Below the pieces are notes generated by a model that saw only the letters and a program-made list of their open reading frames with translations, was not told the DNA's origin and did no database searches. A DNA stretch of 37,130 nt from Chiloscyllium plagiosum (lineage: Eukaryota): contig NC_057718.1 in assembly GCF_004010195.1 (NCBI RefSeq), positions 38,712,749 through 38,749,878 of the forward strand, given 5' to 3'. Shown in pieces: positions 1 through 11,413 of this stretch. Both the position numbers and the translations under genes were made by a program. Each line of letters opens with the position of its first letter. Position 1 is the first letter of the stretch.

Positions 1-144
1 CAGGGACTGGATGTCCATGGTGAAGATAAGGCATTGGGGACTGGGGAAGCGAAAATCATGGAGGAGGTGGAGGGCGTGGGTGGTGTCCCAAACGTAGGTG
101 GGGAGTTCTTGGACTAAGGGGGACAGGACCGTGTCGAGGTATGC
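1..144 (-). mobile_element. Penelope-like retroelement reverse transcriptase fragment (runs off window start)
   Basis: Minus-strand translation is open: AYLDTVLSPLVQELPTYVWDTTHALHLLHDFRFPSPQCLIFTMDIQSL. This matches the PLE RT region ending in the motif-A-like 'FTMD(I/V)xSL'. Confidence 0.8.
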
Positions 145-149
145 TTACT

Positions 150-1360
150 GATGGTCAGTTTGGATTCTGCCAGTGCACCCAGCTTTGACAGCCTTGGTTC
201 AAACATGGACATTAATTCCAGAGGTTAGATGAGGGTGATTTCTCTTAACATCATACCTACATTTGACCAGACACAGCTTCAAGGAGCTTAAGCAAAATTG
301 AGAATCGGGGAAAACTCTCCACTGGTTGGAGTCATACCTGACAGAAAGGAAGATAGTAGTGGTTGGTGGAGGTCAGTCATTTCAGTTCCAGGATGCTGTG
401 CTGGAGTTCCTCAGTGTGTGTTCTGGGCCAAACTACCTTCAGCTGCTTTATCAATTGTCTCCCCTCCATCTTAAGGTCAGAAGTGGGTACGTTCACTAAT
501 AATTGCACAATGTTCAGTACCATTTATGACTCTTCATGATTGAAGCAGTGACCAAAAGCAGCTAGACCTGGACAGTATTTAGGTTTGGGCTGACAAGTGG
601 CAAGTAACATTCATGCCACAATGATCATCTCCAATATTAGAGTATCTAACCATCATCCCTTAAAATTCAATAACATTACCATCATGGAATCCCTTACTAT
701 CTATATTCTGTGAGTTATCATTGACCAGAAATTAAACTGGACTAATCATATAAATCCTGTGGCTACAACAGCAGGTCAGAGGCTAGGAATCTTATAGCGA
801 GTAGCTCACCCTTTGATTCCCCAGATCCTATCCACCATCTATAAGGTACAAATTGGAAGTGTGATTGAATATTGCCCACTTGCCTGGTTGGGTGCAGCGC
901 CAACAACACCAGAAGCTTAACATCATCTAGGACACAACAGCATATTCTACAAACATTCACTCCCTCCACCACTGATGTTCAGTAGCTTCAATGTGTACCA
1001 TGTACAAAATGCATTATGGAAATTCACCATCTTCCGCAGCTACACTGGCACAACTCCTGAGACAGCACTTCCAAATGTATGACAGCTGCAAGCTGGAAGG
1101 ACAAGGGCAGCAGATGCATGGGAACACCTCCACCTGCAAGTTCCCCTCCTAGCTGCAAACCATCCTGACTTAGAAATGCATTGCCATATCTTCAGTGTTT
1201 CTGGGTCATAATCCTGAAATTCCTTCCCATGGGCATTTTGGGTCTTTTTAAAGAAAATGAAAGGGAGCAGCTTACCATGGCCTTCTCAAAGGCAACTAGA
1301 AATGGGCCATAAATGCTGGCCCAGCCAACAAAACTAACATCTGATGAATGAACAAAATAA
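150..1360 (+). mobile_element. Degenerate CR1-clade LINE (3' RT region plus 3' end), family 1
   Basis: Decayed [10 protein letters not shown]...FSCFIN motif at about 403-455 and decayed FADD region at about 490. The 3' end 'aaatgctggcccagcc...atgaatgaa' and much of the body are shared with the copy at 7685-8590. Confidence 0.8.
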
Positions 1361-1621
1361 AACACATTTAAACACATAAAAACAAAATAAAAATAGATCA
1401 TCCACTATTGATTCCAACAATAAATTCTAATCTTGTGTGTCAAACAGACTTTGTAGTCCTTATTCATACTACAAACATTACCTATAGTTACACTTTGATA
1501 AAGTTGAACATTATGACCAAATAAACAAAGTAAAATTAAAGGCAAACCTTGGAAAAATATAATTTATGGTCCAACTTACATTCCTTTCAATAGCATACCA
1601 AGCAGTTTACAGTTCAATAGG

Positions 1622-1920
1622 GTCATACAGTCATACAGCATGGAAACAGACCCTTCAGTCCAACCAGTCCATGCTGAACATAATCCCAAACTAAACTAGT
1701 CCTGCCTGCTCCTGACCATTATCTCTCCAAACCTTTCCTATTCATGTGCTTATCCAAATGTCTTTCAAACATTGTAATTGCATCCACACCCACCACTTCA
1801 TCAGGAAGTTTATTCCATGCGCAAGCCACTCTTCATGTAAAAGATTTGCCCCTTTTAAAATCTCTCTCCTCTCACCTTAAAAATGTGCCCACTAGTCTTG
1901 AAATCCCCCATCCTAGGGAA
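1622..1920 (-). mobile_element. CR1 LINE 3' end fragment
   Basis: 'gtcatacagtcatacagcatggaaacagacccttcagtccaacc' tail; colinear with the copies at 4742-5390 and 36430-37130. Confidence 0.8.
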
Positions 1921-2399
1921 GTAGTTTGCCTAAAGGTTGTATATTTTCACCACTTTCATAACCCACATTATTAAACAGTTCTGGAGAATTTCAATTAAGA
2001 CTGTTTATACTAAATTACTATTTTTCTTTCAATTCTGTTGCATAATTATTAAAACTAAATTAACTTTGTACAATTTTATTTAGTTGCATAAGCCTTCAAA
2101 AGGAATTGTTCTTATGATCAACCTGCATACATTTTTGGATCCTTCACATGCTTTTCAATCTTACATTTAAAAATGTGACTTCTAAACATTTCCACTCAAA
2201 ACATATTGCAAGAATTTTCTATCAAATTATAAAATATATTATGAAATTTTAAATTCCAAACACAATCACTTGTTTTTGTTTTTCAACAGCTTTGCATTAA
2301 ATGGAAAACAAAATTGTTTTCTTTTTTGTGCAAGTATTTTTCAAGCACTCAAGTACTATGGCTGTTGCCACAGTGAAACCTAGTCATTCTTAAACATTC

Positions 2400-2692
2400 A
2401 TTGAATCCCTACAGTGTGGAAACAGGCCCTTTGGCCCAACAAGTCCACACCGACCCTCTGAAGAGTAACCCATCCAGACCCACTCCCCTACTACTTCTAC
2501 ATTTACCCCTGACTAATGTACCTAACCTACACTTCCCAGAACACTATCAGCAATTTGGCATAGCCAATTCACCTAACCTGCACATCTTTGGATTGTGGGA
2601 GGAAACTGGAGCGCCCGGAGGAAACCCACGCAGACGAACTGGAATCGACTGTGGGTCCCTGGTGCTCTGAGGCAGCAGTGCTAACCACTGAG
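2400..2692 (-). mobile_element. HE1-type tRNA-derived SINE (V-SINE) of elasmobranchs
   Basis: The minus strand starts CTCAGTGGTTAGCACTGCTGCCTCA (partial A box) with a B-box-like GTCGATTCC. It has the central 'ggaggaaac..gag..cccggaggaaacccacgcagac' core and a CR1-like tail 'ccctacagtgtggaaacaggccc'. Confidence 0.85.
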
Positions 2693-4161
2693 TTATTTTA
2701 CCATTATTTTTACCAAAGCTTCATGAAGGTTTACTGGTAATTATTTGCACTGGTAAATTGGAGCTAATAAAAATGATGGGTGCCCAAAACAAGAAAGTGC
2801 ATGTTTGGCTTGAACTTGAAAAATCAGGCACACAATCCTGAGGCTACAATAGCATTGTTCACTGTGATTGATTACAAAGTTAGGGCTAGAATCTTGATCA
2901 CAGTGTTATTTCTAAGCTTATTAAAACACCCAATTTCCATATGACCGAAGCATTAATCGCAAAATGCGCTTTGAGTAGCTGAGCAATACCATTTTGGTGA
3001 CTTGGTATTTGATCTGTATTATTACATCTGTTGATTTTTCATTAATCTTTGCTCTGATCATATAAAAATGGTTTTTGTATCTATAAATTGCCATTTTTTT
3101 GTATGTGATTGGATTTTTCTGCAACAATTCCAGAAATAACTTATCAGACAAATTTAAAAATAATAGAGTTTTGGTAAATCAACTGAATTTTTGAAACTGT
3201 TTGCCTTTCACAATAACATTGATTTCACATGTTATTACTGGCACTCAGATGAAAAACTGCAAGAATTTGTAATTCTACAGTTACGTGCACTAAACTATAG
3301 GTAATTTTTTAAATCAATTATCACATTAAAAATAGTGGAAGTGCAACAATGTTCTTGCTAAATATGTAACATTTCTCTACAATTGCACATTTGACTTAAA
3401 TTCGATCAAAATCTGTTACTGCAACAGTTTTATTAGTCATGCATTTTAAATAACTTTTCTTGAAATCTATTTTGTTGGATTGGTTATTTTTTTTTAACAG
3501 TTTATATTTCATGACCAGAGGTGAAAAAGAAACAAAAATTAGTAATATTTTCTTACTGCTTGTGAGATTTGTAGTTGTTGCACAATTACTTTGACTATAA
3601 ACAAACTACACTTGGCAAGAAATTCATTCTGAAAATGTATATCTCTTAAAAGGACTTGTTAACCTACTTCAAGTGGCATTTGAAGTCCAACCTTACCTTT
3701 TTACAGATAAGATTTTGCTTGCATGTTATATTTTGTTGTATTGCAATTCACAAATTTAGTTGATTTTGTGACAAACTTAATAAATTCCAGACACAATGGT
3801 CAATAAAGTGGGCAATGCAATGTCACTATGCAGTACAAGGGAAACAAGGACCTTTGATTTTCTTGTTCATGAAGAGGGAAGAAATAGTAATATGCTGAAA
3901 TTGCAAAGTGATTAGTTTTTTAAAAGGATTGTAAATGTGCACTTTTGTGGCATAATAATGAGAAATTGAGTTATTGCGTCAGAGACCTAATAATCCTCTC
4001 TATTGAACCTTTTCTTGTTACTAACCTGTTAAAGCTCTTGTACTTTTACCACTGTAATAAACAGTGTTCCTCGTTTTAACTTTTGACCTATGACCCTTTC
4101 TCACCCAACTATTGACATCTGGCCATTATTTCTTTTACTGCTTTCCACCCCCTGTTGTCAG

Positions 4162-4218
4162 ATGGACTGTTCTGTTGTCTAAAACACTTGATAGGTGGGC
4201 AGGTTTATATAATCCGAG
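4162..4218 (+). CDS. syt14: Synaptotagmin-14, 57-nt phase-1/phase-1 cassette exon (x-GLFCCLKHLIGGQVYIIR-D) inside C2B
   Basis: A polypyrimidine tract and CAG acceptor end at 4161; a GTGAGT donor starts at 4219. The 57 nt are stop-free, and the final G plus AC of the next exon gives GAC (Asp), in frame with TYVKLTLL. The peptide matches my recollection of the insert in the long mammalian SYT14 isoform. Confidence 0.9.
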
Positions 4219-4741
4219 GTGAGTTGCAGTACAGGATTGCTATTAGTGGCTCTTGTCTCTTTCATGTGAAAGAAACTTGCCAGCAGTGAAGCTGTCCACC
4301 ATTCGTGCTGGCTTTAAGAGACTTTTATCTAATGTTATTTTCTGTGATCAGGATAAATTATACTGCTGGAACTAACCATCTCTCCTTATATGGAACAGGG
4401 CTATGGTAAAGGTCATTCAGAATAGGTATAACGTTCTATCTGTCATTACTGTATGTGGATATTGGAAGTGTTTTATATGAGATGTGAGGTGTTGTGAAAT
4501 TAAAAACAAAAGAGCTACCGAATTCTGATATCTGCTTTACCAAACAATTCAATACTTTGATCAGGGATTTTAATGAATATATGATAAAGATAGTTGACAT
4601 TTATTCCCTAATTATTACTCAACAAATAATTTAACACTTTAATAGTTGTTCAAACAAAATAGGAATAATTAATGCTGTTGCACATATAATCAATACTATT
4701 TGAATAATGTACTGCTCATTGTGGGTGATGTTTGACAGTTA

Positions 4742-5390
4742 CAGTCATAGAAATATACAGCATGGAAACAACTTGGGTCCAACTCATCCATGCCGACCAG
4801 ATATCCTAACCTAATCTAGTCCCATTTGCCAGCACTTGGCCCATATCCCTCTAAACCCTTCCTCTTCATATACTCATCCAGATGCCTTTTAAATGTTGTA
4901 ATTGTACCAGCCTCCATCACTTCCTGTGGCAACTCATTCCATACCCACATCACACTCTGCATGAAAAAGGTGCCCCTTAGGTCCCTTTTAAATTTTTCCC
5001 CTGTCACCCTAAACCTATGCCCTCTAGTTCTGGACTCCTCCACCCCAGGGAAAAGATCTTGTCTATTTATCCTATCCATGCCCTTCATGATTTTATAAAC
5101 CTTTGTAAAGTCACCCCTCAGCCTCCGACACTCAGCGAAAACAGCCTATTCAGCCTCTCTCTGTAGCTCAAATCCTCCAACCCTGGCAACATCCTTGTAA
5201 ATCTTTTCTGAACCATTTCAAGTTTCACAACATCCATCCAATAGGAAGGAGACTAGAATTGCACACAATATTCCAACAGCGGCCTAACCAATGTCCTGTA
5301 CAGCCGCAACATAACAACATGACCTCTCAACTCCTGTACACAATTGTATGTCCAATAAAGGAAAGCACACCAAACACCTTCACTATCCAA
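4742..5390 (-). mobile_element. CR1 LINE 3' fragment
   Basis: ORF 4816..5088 (MKGMDRINRQDLFPGVEESRTRGH...FFMQSVMWVWNELP...FKRHLDEYM) is the CR1 ORF2 C-terminus; same subfamily as 36430-37130. Confidence 0.9.
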
Positions 5391-5965
5391 TCCGATCTTA
5401 TTTCATGCTTTGAAAATTCAGAATCAGAAATGTCTCAGGTTTAGATGCAGATTTTGTACTTAAGTATTGGATTCAATTTTACAGTCATTATGATGGCAAA
5501 ATTATCATGTTCACCACAATTATTTTTCTGATAGTGTCAGTAATTTCTAGAGTCAGCACAAGCACAGTTAAACACAAAAATCCAGAAGTTACTGGCAGTG
5601 AGATTATGATTTTTCATAGGATGTGCTGTTTAAGCACCACAGACTTCAATTAATTAGAGATCACTGAATTGAAGACGACTTGCCTTTTTATGCTTTCAAT
5701 CTTCCTGCAAAATGTTTGAAAGGATGCATCTGGTGGAATAAGGTGTAACTTTCATTTGATGATATACTAAATTCCTAATTATTGCTGAAAATGTCTCTGG
5801 CTCTGAAAATATTGATTTTACATTTAAGGAATATCACATTTTGCCATAATGATAAAATGTTCCACATAATTTTAAATTACATGATTTCTATTTAATTAAA
5901 TATTATAGAAAGCATAATAAAGTATTGGAACATACACAAGGGGTTAAGATAGAAAACAAAACATC

Positions 5966-6556
5966 TGTAAAAACATCTTTAAAACATGTATTTTATAGAC
6001 CAGGTCAGACCCCCTCAAAACAAGTAGCCCAGACCTTAACTTGGCTGCTTATTTTAAGCAGGTATAATGTAGAGACTTCAGGAGTGATGCAGCTTGTCAA
6101 ACCATTTAGTTTGAAACAAAACTGAATTTATTTATAAGATTACCGAATGAAACACAAAGAAAAGAGAACAGAATACCGAATAACTTAACCTATTCGAAAA
6201 ACCTACAGATTATCCCAATAGAGTCTTACAGGAGAGAAGTCAGAGAGAGAGGTTCAGCATGGACCTGCTTCTTTGGGCTCAGCAACTTCACAGCTACCTG
6301 ACTGCTTTCCGTGAATATCCAGACCAAACCAAACCAGAGGAAAGCTGAGCTGGGAGAAGTGGCCACTCCCCTTTCATTGTACAAATGTTTTTTTTTCAAA
6401 CTTGAAAGCCTTTTCCATGAGGCAATATCTGTTGACTATCATCAAATTGGCCCTAAAACCCATCCAAGGCCAAACTTTTTGGAACCAGTATTTTTACAAC
6501 CTTCTGAACAAAAAACTAGGACAATATAACCAACTTAAAGGAACAGCATCATCACA
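5966..6556 (-). mobile_element. Probable solo LTR
   Basis: About 590 bp that is compositionally distinct from its flanks, bounded by TGT (5966) and ACA (6556), with AATAAA on the minus strand at 6127-6132 and no coding capacity. The TSD is ambiguous (CATC on both sides only if the element ends at 6554). Confidence 0.5.
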
Positions 6557-7571
6557 TCAATGATAATCATTGTATTTTACTTTTGGTTTGTTGTCTGTAA
6601 CATTACTTTAATTTGATTGGCTTTTTAACTTTCTGATGACAGCACTTAAATTTGATTGACTACTTACCTTGCTTGATGACAATACTGTTACAGGCCCACT
6701 TCACTTGGTATCATATTCACACTTACCTTGACCAAGGGGTAGGTTGTAGATCTTGGTGGATTGCTTTCTTTGAGTTAGCTGAACAGTGTGACTTCCTCAT
6801 TAACTGCAAAATCTGGGCTTAGATCAAGGTTTCATAGAAATAAAGTGATCTGGTTTGTTGTATTTTATGTTTGAATCATGTGGGGTAAATATGATTAACA
6901 AATTACCTTTAGTAAAAGTGATATTTCAAATATAAAATTTGGAACTTTAAACAAAATTATCAAAAAATTGGATGAATCAGTTATCACAAAAATTGACAGC
7001 AATGGATAATGTTAATGTAATTCACCATGTGGGAAATAAACAGGATCAGTTAGAATTTTGATTTGTATCTACCAGCTCCCCCCACCTAAACTGTGGCTGT
7101 GTCAAATGAACACTGCCCACTTTCTGAAAATCAACTTAAGAAGATAGCAAACTCCTTCAAGTCAGACAAACAAAAAGGTTTTCTCCATCAATATAACTGT
7201 TGACATTTCCGGACTTGCAGTAAAACAAATCAACATAATGTATATATATATTGAGAAAAGAAACCTACTTTTTAATTCAGTTGTTATTTATCTTCGAAAA
7301 GGTACAGATGAGATCTATTAAAATTATGAAGAGTTGGGACAATGTAAATATTCATCTTAGTAATTTTGGCATAATACTATGCTTGAGTATTAAAGAAAAA
7401 ATAAATGTTATTTTTTAAGCAACACACTAGTGTGCATCTTATATTTGTATATCATCTTTTTAATTCTGGGAGTTGTTTTTAAATCCAGTATAGGTTCATT
7501 GCTATTAATAGTTCTGTATGAAGTCAATTAAGCAGTTTTAGTGTCTTAGTGTTGTAGGTAGTGTCCTTCAA

Positions 7572-7680
7572 CATTCCTTATGCCCGAAATGTCAATTCTC
7601 CTGCTCCTCGGATGCTGTGCTTTCCCAGCAACACACTTTCAATGCTGATCTCCAGCATCTCCAGTCCTCACTTTCTCCCA
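7572..7680 (+). mobile_element. Single arm of the PLE-derived short repeat also found at 26810-27011, with the hammerhead core deleted
   Basis: 'attcc-ttatgcccgaaatgtcaattctcctgctcctcggatgctg...ccagcatctccagtcctcactttc' is colinear with 26882-27010 but lacks 'tgatgaagggc'. Confidence 0.75.
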
Positions 7681-7684
7681 TAAT

Positions 7685-8590
7685 GTTCTAGGACCAACCA
7701 TCTTCAGTAGTTTCATCAATGATTTTCCCTCGATCATAAGGTCAGAAGTGGGGATGTTTGCTGATGATTGCATAATGTTTTTCACCATTTGCGACTCGTC
7801 AGATACTGAAACAATCCACATTCAAATGCAACAAGATCTGAACAATACCCAGGCTTGGTGTGACAAGTGGCAAGTAATATTTAAGCCACACAAATGCCAG
7901 GCAATCTGACCACCACCCCATTTAATGATGTTACCATCACTGGACCCCCCACTGTCAACATTCTGGAGGTTACCCTTGGACAGATATTCAACTGGACATA
8001 TCATATAAGTACAAACACTACAAGACCAGGTCAGGAGCAAGGAATACTGTGTTGAAAAACTCACCTCCTGACTCCCCAAAGCCTATCCAACATCTACAAG
8101 GCACAAGAGTGTGATGGAATTTTCCTGGAGGGTGCAGCTCCAACAGCATTCAAAGCTTGACATCATCAGGAAAAGCAGCTCACTTGATTGGTATCATATC
8201 CACTAACATTCATTCCCTCCACCACCAACACTCAGTAGCAGTAGTGTGTACTATCTTCAAGATGCACTGCAGAAATTCATCAAAGATCTTTAGACAGCAC
8301 CTTCCAAATCCGCAACTGCTTCCATCTAGAAGGACAAGGGCACCACACCTGCGAGTTCCCCTCCAAGCCACTCACCATCCTGCCTTGAAAATATTTTGCT
8401 GTTCCTTCACTAACACAGGGTCAAAATCTTGAGTTCTCTCCCTAACAACATTGTGAGTCAACCTAGAGCACAGGACTGCAGCAGTTAATGAAGGTAGCTC
8501 ATTAGCACCTCCTGAAGGGCAACTAGGAGCTGGTAATAAATGCTGGCCAGCTAGTGGCTCCCATATCCCATGAATGAATTTTTAAAAAAT
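7685..8590 (+). mobile_element. 5'-truncated CR1-clade LINE, family 1
   Basis: 'ctaggaccaaccatcttcagtagtttcatcaatgat' (LGPTIFSSFIND) and 'atgtttgctgatgattgc' (MFADDC); same 3' end as 150-1360. Confidence 0.85.
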
Positions 8591-8716
8591 ACAGCATCGG
8601 TAATGGACCAGAACAAATACATGATTTGAAAATCAAGAATAATTGAAGCAATACTGGCTACATCATTATCCATGAATGTGAATTTAGATTTTGCATTTAG
8701 ACCCTTTTAGTTTGTA

Positions 8717-9600
8717 CATAGGTGGACAGGCAGGTAGTTCTGAGGAGGTGGTGAGGCTGCAGAAAGATTTAGACAGTTTAGGAGAGTGGTCCAAGAAATG
8801 GCTGATGAAATTCAACCTGAGCAAATGTGAGGTCTTGAAAAAAGAATACAGGCATGGACTTTTTTCTAAACGGTGAGAAAATTCATAAAGCCAAAGTACA
8901 AAGGGATCTGGGAGTGCTAGTTCAGGATTCTCTAAAGGTTGACTTACAGATTGAGTCCGTGGTTAAGACAGCAAATGTAATGTTGTCATGTAAAAGCAGT
9001 GATGTGCTACTGAGACTTTATGAAGCTGTAGACTTTATAAAGGTTTATAAAGCTGTAGTTAGGCCCCAGTTTTAGAATACTGTGTCCAATTTTGGGTCCC
9101 ACACCTCAAAAAGGACATACTGGCACTGGAATGTGTCCAGCATAGATTCACACGGATGATCCCTGGATTGGTAGACCTAACATACAATGATCGGCTGAGG
9201 ATCATTAGAGTTTAGAAGGTTGAGGGGAGATTTAATAGAAACTTACAAGATAATGCATGGCTTAGAAAGGGTGGACAGTGGGAATTTGTTTCCATTAGAT
9301 GGGGATACTAGGACCTGTGGGCTCAGCCTTAGGATTGGAGAGGGTCAATTTAGATTGGAAATGAGGAGACATTTCTTCAGCCAGAGAATGGTGGGCCTGT
9401 GGAATTCATTACCATGGAGGTGCAGGGAAATGTCTTCAAGGCAGAGGTTGATAACTTCTTCATCTTGCAAGAAATTAAGGGCTATGGGGAGAGTGCGGGT
9501 AAATGGCGTTGAAATGCCCATCAGTCATGATTGAATGGTGGAGTGGACTCCATGGGCCGAATGGCCTTACTTCCACTCCTATGTCTTATGGTCTAATGGT
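8717..9600 (+). mobile_element. CR1 LINE 3' fragment
   Basis: ORFs contain LQKDLDSLGEWSKKWLMKFNLSKCEVL, VQRDLGVLV and RGDLIETYKIM...FFSQRMVGLWNSLP; tail 'atgtcttatggtctaatggt'. Confidence 0.92.
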
Positions 9601-11099
9601 ATTCCAATTTAAAAATAATAGTGCAGCTTTAGCCTTAAACAAGATCAAAGGTTAGATTATTACACAACTATTCATGAAAGTTACTAACAAAAATACAGCT
9701 TTTAGATAGAATACAAACACAACAATTAAAAGTAGATATGGATGAGAATAAGATCCCTCTGTTATTGTTGTAGACCTTGAAGATTTCTCTTCCCAATGTG
9801 AAAGGTTTGAAAACTTGAATTCAGAACTCAACAGCTATTGTGGGAACTGTAGTTGAATATGGATAGAGTTTGTTCACAGAGATGAGTTTAGTAGGGAAAA
9901 CAGACTTTGAGAGAAAGAAGGCTTTGTGATCCTCACTACTTCCATGGATACAATATTTGAAAATTGCCAGGACTTTTTTCAGTAAAACTATTGTTGATTT
10001 ATGAAAACCTGTTCCTTGGAAGTCTGTTTAGTTGAACACCTCACTCTGGTGGTTTTCTGTTTACGTTCTCCTTGGTGTTCTTTTGTTCTCGGATCTTCTC
10101 CAAATCAAAACTTAGGATGTCTACAGTATTAACTTTGATGAAGCTCTTTCCACAATATAGAGTTAAATATGTTCCTTGTAGGGGTCTTCCAGTTTCCTGT
10201 TTGTCTCAGAAGCTTTAAATTCTCAGACCTTTAAAGACCCATTGTGTTGTCTGAGGTTAGTCAAGTTCTAAATATCTTCCTTTGAAATTAGTGTTGAGGT
10301 ATCATACCAGTTTTTCTGCTTTTTGGCTGACAATTAAGTAACAAAGACAGCCATGTGACTTCTGGGCAATATACTCAAAATTATTTTTAAAAGGTCAGAT
10401 TTGTCTTCTTTTATGAAACATAACATAATAATTACCTGCTCATTAGAAAAGCCATCATAAATGAAAATTCCACATGATTCTTCTGAAGTTTGGGCTGACC
10501 AATATGTTGTTGGACCAGGAAAAGAGAGTTATGAACAGAATAATATAACCTGTGAATACCTAATGATTTACGACTTTTGACAAAAAAAGTTAATAAATCT
10601 GAACACTGTCAAACTTCACCTTGGTTAGTACAGAATGAAAAAAATGAAAACAAATTACTGAAAAGAAGGGTTATGGCCCACAATTAGACTCACTAAGATT
10701 CAAGATTCAAACAGATATTTTCATATAACAAATTCATTTTCTGCATTACTGTTGCTAGTTACTTCAGAATTTAAACAAAAACCAAAATAAAATGGAGAGA
10801 TTGTTATTCCAGCTGTTGCTATAATTAATGTCCATCCCATTTCAAATTGTTTTGATGGCATTCTTTGTGCTCCCTGTTGATCCTTGTTCCTTATTCATTT
10901 CATCACCTCTGCTATATTTTAGGCATACCTTTTCATTTCTTCTATGTATTGTATACTCTGTTACAGAGATTAGTATGCTTACAAAGTGTTGTGGCTAGTG
11001 GAAGCTTGCTAAGTGTTTGACATTGATAGCAATATAATGATTACAAAAAGAGTATTTTCTAACTTCTGATGCCTCTTTTAAACCATATTGCTTTTCCAG

Positions 11100-11413
11100 A
11101 CACATATGTCAAGTTAACACTGCTGAATTCTATGGGTCAGGAGATGTCCAAATGTAAGACGTCCATTCGTCGAGGCCAACCAAATCCTGTGTACAAAGAA
11201 ACATTCATTTTTCAGGTAGCACTATTTCAACTCTCCGATGTGACACTCATACTGTCTGTGTATAACAAACGGAGCATGAAACGCAAGGAAATGATTGGCT
11301 GGATTTCACTTGGCCTCAACAGCTCAGGCGAGGAAGAGCTGAATCATTGGACTGAAATGAAGGAATCGAAAGGACAGCAAGTTTGTCGATGGCATTCATT
11401 ATTAGAATCCTAA
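11100..11413 (+). CDS. syt14: Synaptotagmin-14, last coding exon (C-terminal part of C2B domain)
   Basis: Acceptor 'ttgcttttccag' ends at 11099. Translation (D)[103 protein letters not shown] is nearly identical to the SYT14 C-terminus as I recall it, and closer to it than to SYT16. TAA at 11411-11413 is followed by TGA. The ORF-track ATG at 11069 is intronic. Confidence 0.96.

Noticed and set aside
9017..9060. Short internal duplication 'tttat.aagctgtag' in CR1
   Set aside because: Ordinary slippage within a dead repeat.
9760..10425. Possible second solo LTR (TGTTAT...ATAACA termini)
   Set aside because: No matching TSD and no second copy in the window; too weak without a repeat library.
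11069..11099. ORF-track N-terminus [10 protein letters not shown] as a protein start
   Set aside because: It is intronic polypyrimidine tract read in frame; the exon starts at 11100 after the AG.
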